A stretch of 64,000 nucleotides of DNA from Paraspadella gotoi (Eukaryota; Animalia; Chaetognatha). The stretch spans positions 14,472,682 to 14,536,681 of the forward strand of contig CM119264.1 of NCBI GenBank assembly GCA_051294375.1, given 5' to 3'. The notes beneath the pieces were generated by a model. The model was not told where the DNA came from. It saw only the letters and a program-made list of their open reading frames with translations, and searched no databases. Below, one piece after another: positions 23,366-34,790 of this stretch; within the stretch, counting starts at the first letter, position 1; each line of letters starts with the position of its first letter. Made by a program: the position numbers and the translations under genes.

Positions 23366-24594
23366 CTCTCTCCTCATCTCCTCTTCTCTCTCTCTCTCTC
23401 TCTCTCTCTTTCATTCGTCTCCTCCCCTTTCTTTCTCTCGCCCCTCGGACTCCTCTCTGCCCTCTCACTCTTCTTCCTCTCTCTCTCTCTCTCTCTCTTA
23501 TCCGTCTCTCTCTTTCTTTCCGCCCCCTTGTGTAATCTTTCTCTTCCCACTCCCTCTCACACTCTCTCCCTCCCTCCTCTCTCCTCACCCGCTCCCTCGA
23601 GACGATGCTTCTCCTTGAACCAATTTGAAGGAAACTTGAAGGGGTACGGCGGAGGTGTCGAAGAGGGGCGCTCCGTCCATGGAGAGGATGCGGATGTCGG
23701 AGCCGGAACCTTTCACCCAGGCCAGGTTGGAGGAAGGAGGAGAGGAGGAGAACGGAGGAGGAGGAGGAGGAGGATGGGAGGAAGAGGATAAATCGGGGCC
23801 TGAAAAAATAGAGGGAGAGAATTTCGTTGTCATGAATATCCGTTCATAATGAGATTAATGAATAATTTATTTGGTTTGATTGTTTTTTACGTACAATTTG
23901 CGAAAATACTATCTTCAAGTACTATTTAAATGATATAACATTTTAATAATTTTTTAGTAATATGAAATTTGAGAAAATTACATTTTTTAAGTTTTAATAT
24001 ATTTAATATTTTATAATTTTAATTTATTTTTTATTGTATTTCTTCTTTTACAAACATGTAAAAAGAAAAAAATATTAAATATGAGGGGAAAAAAATGAAA
24101 AATTTTGACTTTTTTTATGAAGGAAAAAAAAACCCCTTTAAACTTAAAAAGATAATTGGATCTTCATTTTTACTCCACCTCTTCCTACTGTAACCTCCTT
24201 TTTTTCCACCTGCTCTCTTTTAAGTTTCCACTTACCCACGTTGGATGTTGCACTCGAAACGTGGACGCTCGGTGCTCCTAACGGCGGCGCCACGAAAACC
24301 GTTTCCGTGGCGGCCAGTAAAGCGAGGAGGCAAAAGAGCAACAACGCCGTTAACGTCCAATTAAAACGATGAGGAAGACGACGACCGCGAGGAAGACGAA
24401 GATGACGACGATAACGACGAAGACGACAGTGACGGCGACGAAGATGACGAGGATAACGACGAAAGCGAAAGCGACGACGACGGCGTCGACGTTAAAGACG
24501 AAATTGTCTTCCGTTTTCTTTTCGCCAAAGTTTTTTGAAGGGAAGACGAGAGGGGAAGGGAGAAGGAGGAGGGGGAGGGAAGAGGCGAAATCAT
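8200..24594 (-). CDS. Immunoglobulin-superfamily cell-surface protein: hydrophobic leader plus three Ig domains (V-like, C2-like, I-like); lachesin/DIP/nephrin-like architecture
   Basis: Exons 24594-24236 (TALLLFCLLALLAATET), 23799-23589 (NLAWVKGSGSDIRILS), 21349-21223 (TSYLTLSSISFDDGGVYVCSN; duplicate at 18588-18460), 13051-12879 (ILREGERAAFRCRVSSSGGDPPSLKW), 12103-12025 (TRGEYVMTAHYG), 10979-10850 (YHKKEISCEASHPHW...LKIHFSPKF), 10743-10630 (FVSVSCAILANPRIPAENITW), 9289-9187 (DPRLTL...YLTMANLRL). Phases are consistent from 21349 to 9187. The damaged last exon near 8200-8440 reads LGSQNIYLRIE...GGLTALL. Apparent frameshifts in the 5' exons. Confidence 0.8.
8960..9178. repeat. (GAAAA)n microsatellite
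   Basis: Directly visible; abuts the donor of the exon ending at 9187. Confidence 0.9.
11058..11275. repeat. Compound (GA)n-(GATA)n-(GT)n microsatellite
   Basis: Directly visible. Confidence 0.9.
14631..14674 (-). ncRNA. Degenerate Penelope-type minimal hammerhead ribozyme motif
   Basis: Minus strand reads CTGGAGA-A-GGCTC-taacccttgt-GAGCC-GAAACATATC: perfect 5-bp stem II, GAAA, near-palindromic stem III, one change from CUGANGA. AATAAA follows about 20 nt downstream. Confidence 0.45.
15500..16628. mobile_element. AT-rich foldback/MITE-like element with long diverged inverted arms, nested in the hAT
   Basis: 15500-15830 is inverted at 16010-16140 plus 16430-16628, e.g. aaaggtatcaatattaatatattctgaaagct vs agctttcagaatatattaatattgataccttt. 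The right arm is interrupted by a ~300-bp insertion. Confidence 0.7.
16126..16443 (+). mobile_element. Penelope-like solo pLTR remnant with inverted partial copy and hammerhead-like motif (16297-16335)
   Basis: TCGATGA-A-GACTC-gaagtttata-GAATC-GAAACATGTC, then AATAAA. 16144-16225 is a diverged inverted copy of 16307-16390. Flanked by a TSD-like tataaa(a)gttttt. Confidence 0.55.
16700..17405. repeat. Degenerate satellite built on telomere-like CCCTAA motifs
   Basis: Recurrent (c)cctaaccc followed by ggcctccc/gggctccc at roughly 40-60-bp spacing. More CCCTAA copies at 15321-15432. Confidence 0.65.
17850..23300. repeat. ~2.7-kb direct duplication (17850-20533 vs 20570-23300) across a 25-N gap, probably an assembly artefact
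   Basis: Near-identical copies differ mostly by 1-bp indels. Gap 20534-20558 is 25 N. The hAT right end and its TSD are repeated without a second left end. Confidence 0.8.
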
Positions 24595-25249
24595 GGTGAA
24601 GAGTCTTCGTGTTTAATTATCGGATCGATCGATTCGCTATGATGAGTTGAAAGAGTTTTAATTTAAATTGGTCGCGAACTGAAGAGCTCATTATGATTAT
24701 CCTTTGATCCGCAACAAAAGCAGAGAATCCGAGTCATCGTCTTTTCCTTTTTTCAGTCCCTGCGATCGTTCAGAGTTTTTTTACCGTTCACGTTTCACGC
24801 TGTCACAAATCGCGCGACTCCGTTTGAGGTTGACTTTTCCAATGAAGAGAAATCACGGAAACGAGATTTGAGTCGCGCGGTTTTCTCTTTCCTTCGTATT
24901 TGTTTGTTTCTTTTTGTTGAATAAGGACATTGACTTAGCAAAAATCTATATAAAGTAATGCGACAAAAAATATTTAATGCGAGTAAGTTATGTTAAAATA
25001 CGGAGACAAATACAGTAGACGCTTATCGTTTTTGTAGGAACCCTTTTTTATTGTATAAAGGCAAAAAGTATATTTAAAATTCGTAAAATGAAAGATTTAA
25101 AGTATATCTGTGAAGACAGTTGTTTATTCGATGCTCGAATAAAACAATTGATCCTGACATAGGGATGGTTTTTATTCCGTCACGACGCAAGTCCCAAAGG
25201 TGACCCGAAGACGGCGCCACGCGCGTGGCACGATTCCAACGCCACACTT

Positions 25250-25337
<88 letters not shown>

Positions 25338-25657
25338 GACGAGAGGAGAGAGAGAGAAAGAAAAGACTTGAAGTTTTGAGAGAAAAGAAAACAAATGACT
25401 TCCCTTAGCTTTTCAGAAGCGAAACAAATGACCACACAATTTTCGTCGCGTCGTCTCGTCGTGATCGTCGTCGCTGTACTTTTTTATGCTGAAAAAAAAA
25501 AGCGTGAGAAATGGTGACAATTTTTGCGACGAAGAGTGAGAAAGAGAAAGCGGAGAGAGAAATTATAGGCGAAAGAGAGAGAGGGTGACGCAGGTGGCGC
25601 GTGGAAGAGAGAAAGGGATTTTTAGAAGAAAGGGAGGTTAAATTATGGTGAAAAGAA

Positions 25658-25737
<80 letters not shown>

Positions 25738-26437
25738 GAGAGAGAGAGACGTTGTTAATCGTGAAGCCGTTTGTTATGAGGCGGTTTTTATGCGTATTTC
25801 TCTGCGGCGAAAAACGTGAAAAACGGGAAACGGAGAAAATTCGGATTTGGGCGCAATTGTTTTACGGGTCGCATCGTCGCGTTGGGCGTGACGACGATTA
25901 CGATTCGTCGTTGTCGTCGTCATTGACGTGTCGTTCTCGTAATCGTTTTTTGATTTTCGTCGCCCTCTCTCCTCGTTTACTTTATTTCAATCCTTTTTTT
26001 AGAATATTCATAGTTCAAATTTAAAATTACTTTTTTAAGTTTTCTTTTTGTTTTTGAATAATGTTACTGGCCGGGTCTCGAGCGTAAACATCAAGTCGTG
26101 TGAACTGAGTCCCGTTTTCGATTAAATCTCAAAACTTTTGACTTTGAGTTCAATTTAAATCGAAAAACGAATTTTGGTTAATCCATTTTCTTCCGGGCGA
26201 AAAAAAAGGGAAAATTAAGGAAATCGAATGAAATCAAGTTTTGTTTCGAATTCAAAAAAAAAAAAAAAAACATTTACCACGACATCTAATAGGGAAAAAA
26301 AAAAATAACAATTTTTTTTTCCGGGACTTAGTTGTTTTCACTCTTGCTGTGACCCTTTCCATCAACTCTTCCTCTCTTCTTTCCTTCATCCCTGGTCTCG
26401 CTATAGTTCATGTCCAAACATGATTCTCTCTCTCTCT

Positions 26438-26491
<54 letters not shown>

Positions 26492-26751
26492 CACTCCCTA
26501 TCTGGCCGCCACAAAGAGAAAAGAACTAAAGGGGAAAAAAACATCCATAACTCGATTTTTTGTGGCGTTTATTTAATGGCGGGGTTCGCTGCCCGGAGTG
26601 GGCCGGCGGATGTATTCACCGACGTCGCGAAAAAAAAACGGGATGTACGTCGATGACGCGGGAAAGAACCGATGGGTGGTTGTGACGGGTTGGTCAGAGG
26701 GAGATAGAGATGAGATTAAGGGGGAGGAGAGGGACGTAAGGGAGAGAGGAG

Positions 26752-26794
<43 letters not shown>

Positions 26795-27247
26795 AGAGAG
26801 AGTAGAGAGAGAAGAGTAGAGAGAGGAGAGAGAGAAGATAGAAGTAACATGCGAAGGAAGATGTATGAAAAAGAGAGAGAGAAAGAGAGAGGGAGTGTGG
26901 GGAGTTCGACATTCTGTTTGTGAAAGTCATTGCTATGGCCGTGTGTCGGCTTTGGGTCTGAGAGCCTGATGGAAATTCGAGATGCGAGCGTGGGTGAGTT
27001 TCGGGTGAGGGTTTGGACGAATCCACTTTTTTTCGAACATTTGGATGTGTATATATAATTATATATATGTAGATATTGATGTTACTTCCTCTCTTAACCT
27101 CGGTTATTTTTTTAAAAATGAAAGAAAGAAAGTAAGCAAACAACCATCCAACCCACAAAAGAAAGAAATAATGAAAGCAAGTAACAAAATCAACGAAAAA
27201 AGAAAGAAAGAAAAAAAGAATGAAACCAAGTACGCAAGCAAGTTTGC

Positions 27248-27315
<68 letters not shown>

Positions 27316-27319
27316 AAAA

Positions 27320-27355
<36 letters not shown>

Positions 27356-27359
27356 AAAA

Positions 27360-27397
<38 letters not shown>
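27248..27397. repeat. (GAAA)n microsatellite
   Basis: Directly visible. Confidence 0.9.
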
Positions 27398-27398
<1 letters not shown>

Positions 27399-28347
27399 TG
27401 GTGCCAGACGGCCCGACGTGTCGGCCACAGATCCATTACCTTCTTAGCCTCAACATTGAAGGTCAGAGCAATTTTCACTTCACTTAGAGAGAGAGCGAGC
27501 TGGAGAGAAAAAAATAGAGCGCGAGAAAGGAAAAGAAGACAAGTTTAAGTTCGCTTCTCTATCAATTCGGGATCAAAGGACAACTGTACGGACAATGGAA
27601 AGTTTAATTTGGATCCTGAGCTTGGGTAATGCCGGACTGACTAGTAGATATTGTCCCATTTTCCTTTGCCACATCAGCTCTTGGGAAAAAATTCTATCAC
27701 CATATGAATGGTGGAATGATATCTATAATCCGTCCAAGAGTTTTCAATTGGATTTCTAAATCCAAATTATATGCAGAACTGGAAAGAAAGCGACGCAAAA
27801 ACATCTCAAGACGAGTCGACAAGAACAGTATTATAAGGTCATAAAATTCCATTTAATAAAGAGGAAATGTAAAGGGAGACATGTTCGAAATGAAAAAAAA
27901 AGCGAGGAGAAGAGAGAGAGAGAGAGACAGAGAGAGAGAAGAGAGAGAGAGAGGAGAGAGGAGAGGAGAGAGAGAGAAAGAGAAGCTGTCTCAAACTCCA
28001 TCTCCTTTGGGCAAAAGTCCAGAAACAAAGTGCAAATGAAATCAAACGACTTTCTTGCGCAAATTAATCAAGATAAATTTCTACTACCGTAAATTCCAAG
28101 TAAGAAAAACTTTTATCTGAATCATGTTTTCTACATATTTCTAAAGCTTCTCTTCTCTCATCTCTCTCTCTCTCTCTCTCTCTTCTCCTCTCTCTAAAAA
28201 TTTTTGATCAAAATATTGAGAGTGAAATGAATTCGATTTTTCCGCTGGCCGACAAAAAAGGCAAAATAGTAGGAGCTGAGAAGTCAAGAAATATGAAAAA
28301 TTGAAAGACTACGCGGATACAAAACATTTTGCAGAGAGAAGAGAGAG

Positions 28348-28404
<57 letters not shown>

Positions 28405-30575
28405 GAGGCCATATGGTTGACTTTTCCCTCCACTATCTCGACGCTGATTGTCCAGCCGCACTCAGCCGGCGACTTTCCTCGGCGGCGGAGTAAGTCCGCT
28501 CCTGATTCGCTCGTCTTCGCGCGCGAAGGAAGAGGATTTCTTCTCCTTACTCTCTGTTCGCTCCTCTTTCGATCCTCATTCCTCCCGGGTTCTTACTCTC
28601 GAGAATTTCGCGGAGAAATTTATGATTTCTCGTTGAGAAAATAACTTTTCTCAATGTGCCAATTTCAAAAAATTTATATATTTAGCGATTTTTTTTAATT
28701 TTAAATATATAATTTTTTATATTTATCAAATATCTTTTATAATATTGGTAAATAATGTTTTAAATATTTCTTCTTAGACAGACAGTAGAATTACCTCATA
28801 TTTTTATCTCCAGAGTTTTATAATCCAGTAATCCTATTATTTAAAAATTAAACTACCTTGTTCATATTACTTTTAATTGATATAATGATAATTTATGAAT
28901 AAATAGCAACCATTTTGTTCTGGCTTAATGATTCAATCGCTCACAACTTCAAATAATCAAAATTTAAAAATAAAATTAATTAGCATGTTATTATATTTTT
29001 TTTTTATATTTGTTTATTTTTTTAATTAATGACTTATTTATCCAAATTAAAATTTAAATAATTTATATCTATTAAAATATTTTTACATAAATTTTTTGTA
29101 ATAAAATTTATTTTAAGTAAAAAAAGCAAAGAAAAATTTATTATAAAGTTGATTTCGAAATAAAGTATCAAAATGTAGAACTTATCTTGACATTGTAATC
29201 TCAGAAATAACATTTTTGCACAATATGTAAAAGTTACACCGACAGTACCATAGGGACACACTGTATGTAGTGGTAAACACCGCGGTAATTCTTTTACTAT
29301 TAAAATTATTAAAATATACGAATTGGACTTTCATTCCATATTATTCGACTCAGCTTTTTGAATATATTGTTAACTGGATGAAATAACTAAAAAGCAAACA
29401 AGTATTGAAAAAGATACATTATTATTGCCGTTAATTGACATGAATTTTTTCAACAATTTGTTATATAACTTTTTTAATTATTTTTCAAGCATGATAAAAT
29501 TTCACAAAAAATATATTACAACTATTAAATATAAAATTAGTACAACCAATATAAAAATTATCCATTCATTTGATAAATCTTATTAAATAACTTTGTTTTT
29601 GATTAATAAAGGAAATTATTGTAAAAAGAGTGAAAAAGCAAAAACTAAGAGAAAAAAAAACTGGAGAGGAGAGAGAGAGAAAAAGAGCTAGAGCGGTACA
29701 TTTCGCGAGTCTTTCGCACCCTCAACCCGCGACGATCGCCCCGTAGGTAGAGAAAGGAAGAGGATCTTAGCTCATTTTTCGAGAGTCACCGACCGGCGGA
29801 TTGACCTCCGACCTTCGGCCGGGCGTAAGAGAGAGAGGAGCGGAAAGAGTGGGAAGCCTTTTGGTCACCCCGCGGCTGGGTCGATTTGTTGACCAACCCC
29901 ATGAGAGAGAGAGAGAGAGGAGAGAAGAGGAGGACGAGAAATCGGATAAAAATAGAGATAATGACCACAGATTGAAAGATTAATTTAATACATTTGGCTT
30001 GTAAATAATTTTTTTAATTTCTTACCTCGAAGAACGACAACCTAAGTTTTTCACGCCGATCATTTAACTTAAAAATAGATCAAAAAACGATTAAAAAAGA
30101 CCATTGAAGAAATTATAGTATTTCTTTATTTAATTATATCACGAAGCTACTCCTGCCCGATGCCACTTGATCAGATTTTTTTTCCCTCACCTTTTTTCCA
30201 ATTTGCTAATTTGCTTCTTAAAAATTCCCTGCTAGTTTCTAGTATTATCTCTCAAACACAAACATCTGGTATCTAGAAAAGCAAACAGCGCCAATTTTTA
30301 AACCCTCACTATTGTCTGGATTGAAAATACGACAGGTTTCTAAAATTGAATGGAAAACACAAATCAAATAAATTCTACGGTAATCACAAGCGTCGAAAAA
30401 AGTCTTCTCTCTCTCTCTCCTCTCCTTCTCTCCCTCACTCAGTCTCCTCTCCCTTTTCTCTCTTCTCCTCCTTCTCTCTCTCTCTCTCTCATGGGGTTGG
30501 TCGACAATCGACGAACGACGAGTAGCACGCGTAGACGATCAAAAGGCTTCCTCTCGTCGCTCCTTCTCTACTTAC

Positions 30576-32260
30576 CGCCGGCCGAAAGCGTCGGGATATC
30601 CCGCGCCGTGACTCTCGAAAAATGAGCGAGATCCTCTTCCTTTCTCTACCGACGGAGGCGATCGTCGCGGGTCTAGGTGCGCAAGATCCGAGAAAAATAC
30701 CGCTCTGACTCTTTTTCTCTCTCTCTCTAAGTTTTTGCTTTCTATTTTTTATTATTTTCTACGATTGCTTTTTAAATGTTACAATGTTTGGTGACAACAA
30801 CAACGACAACAACAATGACAATAACAACAACCTTAACGACTCTTAAACTGAACTATTTTGTGACTTACGACTCTTATTGTTATTTTTACTATTGTCTTTT
30901 CTGTTTTTGTTATTGTCGTTTTTCTCTCTGAAAATGATTTTGATCATTACATGTTGTTAGTGCCTGAATCTAAATTCAGATTTTCAAAAAACTTTCAAAA
31001 TATGATCAGAACCATATTTAATGGAAATTAGATACACAACCGGTAGGTCAAGTAATCACATCTAAAATAAAAACTTGAAAAAATATTCATGAGGAAGGAT
31101 GAATATTTTTAAGTTGATATACCTGCAGAAATTTCTTTTATAAGTGGTAATGCATTCTTTAGCAAATTTTTTTATAGTGAAAAAAGAATAAAGCATATAT
31201 AGTAAAATATGCTTCCCAACTCAATATGATAATTTCAATTTGCTAAACAATCTTTTAACCTCATCAAGATGGTTTATAAGGTTTATCTTTTTTAAAGTCT
31301 CAAATCCGTATGAAATTATAATTTATTGAAGAGCAGTGAAATATATTTATAATTGAAGCATTTTTTTGTGGTCTTTACTTTCCAGCAGAAAAATAATTGT
31401 AAGAAATAACATCATTCTTTTTCATAAGTAATATATTTCGACATCTTTTTTTTGTAATATCTAATTTCTTACAATTATTTTTCTGCTGGCAAGTAAATCC
31501 CATAAAAAACTAATTTAATGAATCGCATCTTGTAAGAATGACTTTTCTGAAAAACTCTTATTGATCTTAACAGTTAAATAACTTATTTTTAAGTTTAATT
31601 TATGTATAACTGTAGCAAGTGGTAAGTCTGGAGAGACATTATTGAAGGAACATTTGTTTTACTTTTAGCCCGCATAAGCGAGCAGTGTGATCGAACGCGA
31701 CCTCTCTAAACACTGTCAGCATTCCCAGACAAAAGACAAAGTTAAACTTGAACCAGACTGACAATGACGAAGCAAAGTAAAGTAATAATACAAAATTAAA
31801 AATTATGAAAAAAAATCGATAATTATATTGTTAAAATTTTACTTTTGCCGACCGGGGTTTTGGCGTTTTTTGAAAAACTACTTAAAATATTTATTTAAAC
31901 TTTTTTTTAAAAATTATTACCGAATTACCCTCACTATGAACCCTTCTAATCCTAACTACTCCCGTCGATAAAAGTAAAATTATACTATTTTATTTTTATT
32001 TTTTATTTCTATGCTTTATATACTTTACTTTACCTATTGACATTGACTGATTTTTCATGAGAAATGATAAATTCTCCCGAAATTCGAGAGTAGACCTGAA
32101 AGAGAGACGAAAGGAGAGAGAGAGAGAAAGAGAAGGAAGAGAATCCTTTCCTTCGCGGCGAAAGACGAGCGAATCAGGAGCGACTTACTCCGCGCCGGTA
32201 GTCCGCGCTGAGTCGCGGTGGACCAATCAGCGTCGGATAGTGGAGAGGAAAGTCAACCAT
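30576..32260 (-). CDS. Candidate small spliced ORF within the right arms of the nested inverted repeat (unidentified)
   Basis: Exons 32260-32189, 32095-32034 and 30672-30576 join in phase: MVDFPLHYPTLIGPPRLSADYRRG-VYSRISGEFIISHEKSVNVNR-PATIASVGRERKRISLIFRESRRGISRRFRPA. Donors gtaagt, gtaaag, gtaagt. No recognised homology. Confidence 0.3.
31374..31497. repeat. Short hairpin/MITE-like inverted repeat (34-bp arms)
   Basis: tttactttccagcagaaaaataattgtaagaaat ... atttcttacaattatttttctgctggcaagtaaa, with one mismatch. Confidence 0.8.
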
Positions 32261-32264
32261 ATGC

Positions 32265-32329
<65 letters not shown>

Positions 32330-32679
32330 CTATCTGTCTCTCTCTCTCATTCGGACACATTGCAGCTTACTTCTGCCTTCCTCGCTCCCCCNNNNNNNNN
32401 NNNNNNNNNNNNNNNNCGTCCTCCTTTTTGACAGCCCACCACCCCTTCCCTTCCCCTCTCATAGCACCACGCACAACGAATCGATGGTTGACCCAGAGTT
32501 GACCTTTCTCCAAGGCGTCTTTTGTTTTTTCTAGGGTGTTCGCTTCTTTTTTCCGAGTTAAATAAAAAAAAAAACAAATTTCGAGCCAGATTTTCAGTTG
32601 AGCGATAGTTTGAATTTAGGTTTTACTTTAGGATTAACTAATACTTGATAATTAATTATAACTCCTATGCAGATGACGA

Positions 32680-32742
32680 CAAAGACTATGACGACGACGA
32701 CAAGGTTGATAATAATGAATATGACGTCAATGTTGATGATGT

Positions 32743-32780
<38 letters not shown>

Positions 32781-32860
32781 GTGATGGTGATGATGATGAT
32801 AATGATGATGATGATAATGATGATGATGACGATGATGACGATGACGATTATGATGATGAG
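32680..32860. repeat. (GAT/GAC)n microsatellite
   Basis: Directly visible. Confidence 0.9.
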
Positions 32861-34384
32861 ACAGCCCAGAGCTTTCACCCATATAGCCCTTTTAAAAAGT
32901 TGTTAATCGAATCCAAACATAGTCCTTACGCTTTTTAAATTTCGCGCCCTTTTTTTTTTCCTCTTCTTGATAAAAAAAATGAGTTTTGATTAAAATTCGA
33001 TCTCCATTCAAAAACATTTCCACCGCCCCTTTAATTTCTCGCTCCCATGAATTTTTACGAGATTCTCTCTCTTTTTCCATTTTAATCCTTTTTTTTTTCT
33101 AGTTTTATTTTTCTGTCTTCTTCTCCTCTCTTTCTCACTCTTTACTCCTCATTTTCCTTTTCCCCTCGCTTTTGAAGAGACTTTCCATCGCTTATTTATT
33201 TATTTCTATTTTCCATCCTTATTTTCTTGATGTAACGACGGTTCTAATTCCTTTTCCCTCCTCAAATCTCTTCTTTTACTTCTCTTCATCAATCGTCGAG
33301 ACTTTCTTCGTCTCCCTTTTTTATTTCTCTCTNNNNNNNNNNNNNNNNNNNNNNNNNNNNNNNNNNNNNNNNNNNNNNNNNNNNNNNNNNNNNNNNNNNN
33401 NNNNNNNNNNNNNNNNNNNNNNNNNNNNNNNNNNNNNNNNNNNNNNNNNNNNNNTCTCTCTCTCTCTCTCCCTTTCTTGACTTTCCTTCTGCCGAACTCC
33501 CTTTCGTATTCTCAACCTCTTTCTCATTTTCTCTCATTCTCTTTCGCGTTCCGCATTTAACGACTTTGATTAAACGTTTTGTCCGTCATTTACGTCCTAG
33601 TTTTCGCAAGTGATTTCGGTTTANNNNNNNNNNNNNNNNNNNNNNNNNNNNNNNNNNNNNNNNNNNNNNNNNNNNNNNNNNNNNNNNNNNNNNNNNNNNN
33701 NNNNNNNNNNNNNNNNNNNNNNNNNNNNNNNNNNNNNNNNNNNNNNNNNNNNNNNNNNNNNNNNNNNNNNNNNNNNNNNNNNNNNNNNNNNNNNNNNNNN
33801 NNNNNNNNNNNNNNNNNNNNNNNNNNNNNNNNTTTAAATGTGATTAATTCAATTTGAAAAAGGAAAGTTGCTAGCGGTAAGTTGTGTTCGGTTACGATTT
33901 GATAAATCGGAAAGGAAAAGATGCAGCAAAATTATATCGTTAAATTTCATAGTAGATCATTGTCAGCAATGAGGTTGTTTTTACAAATAAAAAAAATTGT
34001 TATTTTATTTGAGTGTTTCCCCGAACAAGAAAATATATAACTGTACTAAACACGTTATATAAATACGAAAAATATTTTATTGTCTAATGTCTACTGTTTC
34101 ATGTTACATCGATTAAACAAGGAAGGGCTATTCCAAGGTTTTGCGCCGCATTAACTTTCTTTGTACTTAATTACTTCCCGAGTTATTCGCTTGGTTACAC
34201 AAATAAAAAAAATATGGACAACAAATGTCTCAACTCTATATATAATATATATGCTCTCCGCTAAGTATTAACCTATATGGATAACTGTTATTTTTACTGA
34301 CTTTTTGATCATAAGGAACACCCCAATCTGCCAAGGATTAATAAATACAATTCATTGCATTTAAACGTATTAAGGGGGACGTAC

Positions 34385-34492
34385 AAACCAACAATCCAAC
34401 CGACCGACAGACCGACCGACCGACCGACAGACCGACCGACCGACCGAGACTCAAGATTTTCTTCGCAAGAACTCGCGGCACAACTAAAAAAG
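34385..34492 (+). mobile_element. HINE/DINE-1-like 3' remnant
   Basis: (GACC)n array, then ...ctcgcggcacaactaaaaag, matching the end at 55645-55663. Confidence 0.5.
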
Positions 34493-34594
34493 TTCTTTAG
34501 CGCATAAAAAGCTCGATCACCAAGTTACCGACTTTCCCGGACGATCCCGATGGAAGGGCCGAACATTATCCCTTCACTTTATCACCGGGTTTTG

Positions 34595-34790
34595 GTGAGG
34601 TGCTGGTGAGGTGCTGGTGAGGTGCTGGTGAGGTTTGGGTGATTCGATGCGCGAAAACCCGATTGGATTCAAAATGGAGCGAAAGTAATCGACGTCGTCC
34701 ATCTTTTCGCGGGCGAGTGAGAAGGTCGGGGGGCCCGAGGGGGCCTTAGGGGCCCTGTGGAGGCCTTAGGGGGCCCAAGGGGGCCTTAGG
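34595..34790. repeat. Two G-rich minisatellites: (GGTGAGGTGCT)x3.5 and ~12-bp GGGGGCCTTAG-type units
   Basis: Directly visible at 34595-34633 and 34727-34790. Confidence 0.8.

Larger units (their letters stand above)
28335..32345. repeat. Nested inverted repeat: outer arms 28335-28645/32050-32345, inner arms 29635-29935/30405-30740
   Basis: Examples: ggagtaagtccgctcctgattcgctcgtc vs gacgagcgaatcaggagcgacttactcc; ggtagagaaaggaagaggatct vs agatcctcttcctttctctacc. The spacers are unrelated AT-rich DNA and there is no N gap inside. Confidence 0.85.

Noticed and set aside
27548-27790. LINE reverse-transcriptase-like snippet LYQFGIKGQLY
   Set aside because: Too short, stops immediately, and no other RT motifs are present.
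30576-30672. Neuropeptide-like DAFGRR in an alternative frame
   Set aside because: A single motif with no signal peptide or repeats, and not in the phase-consistent frame.
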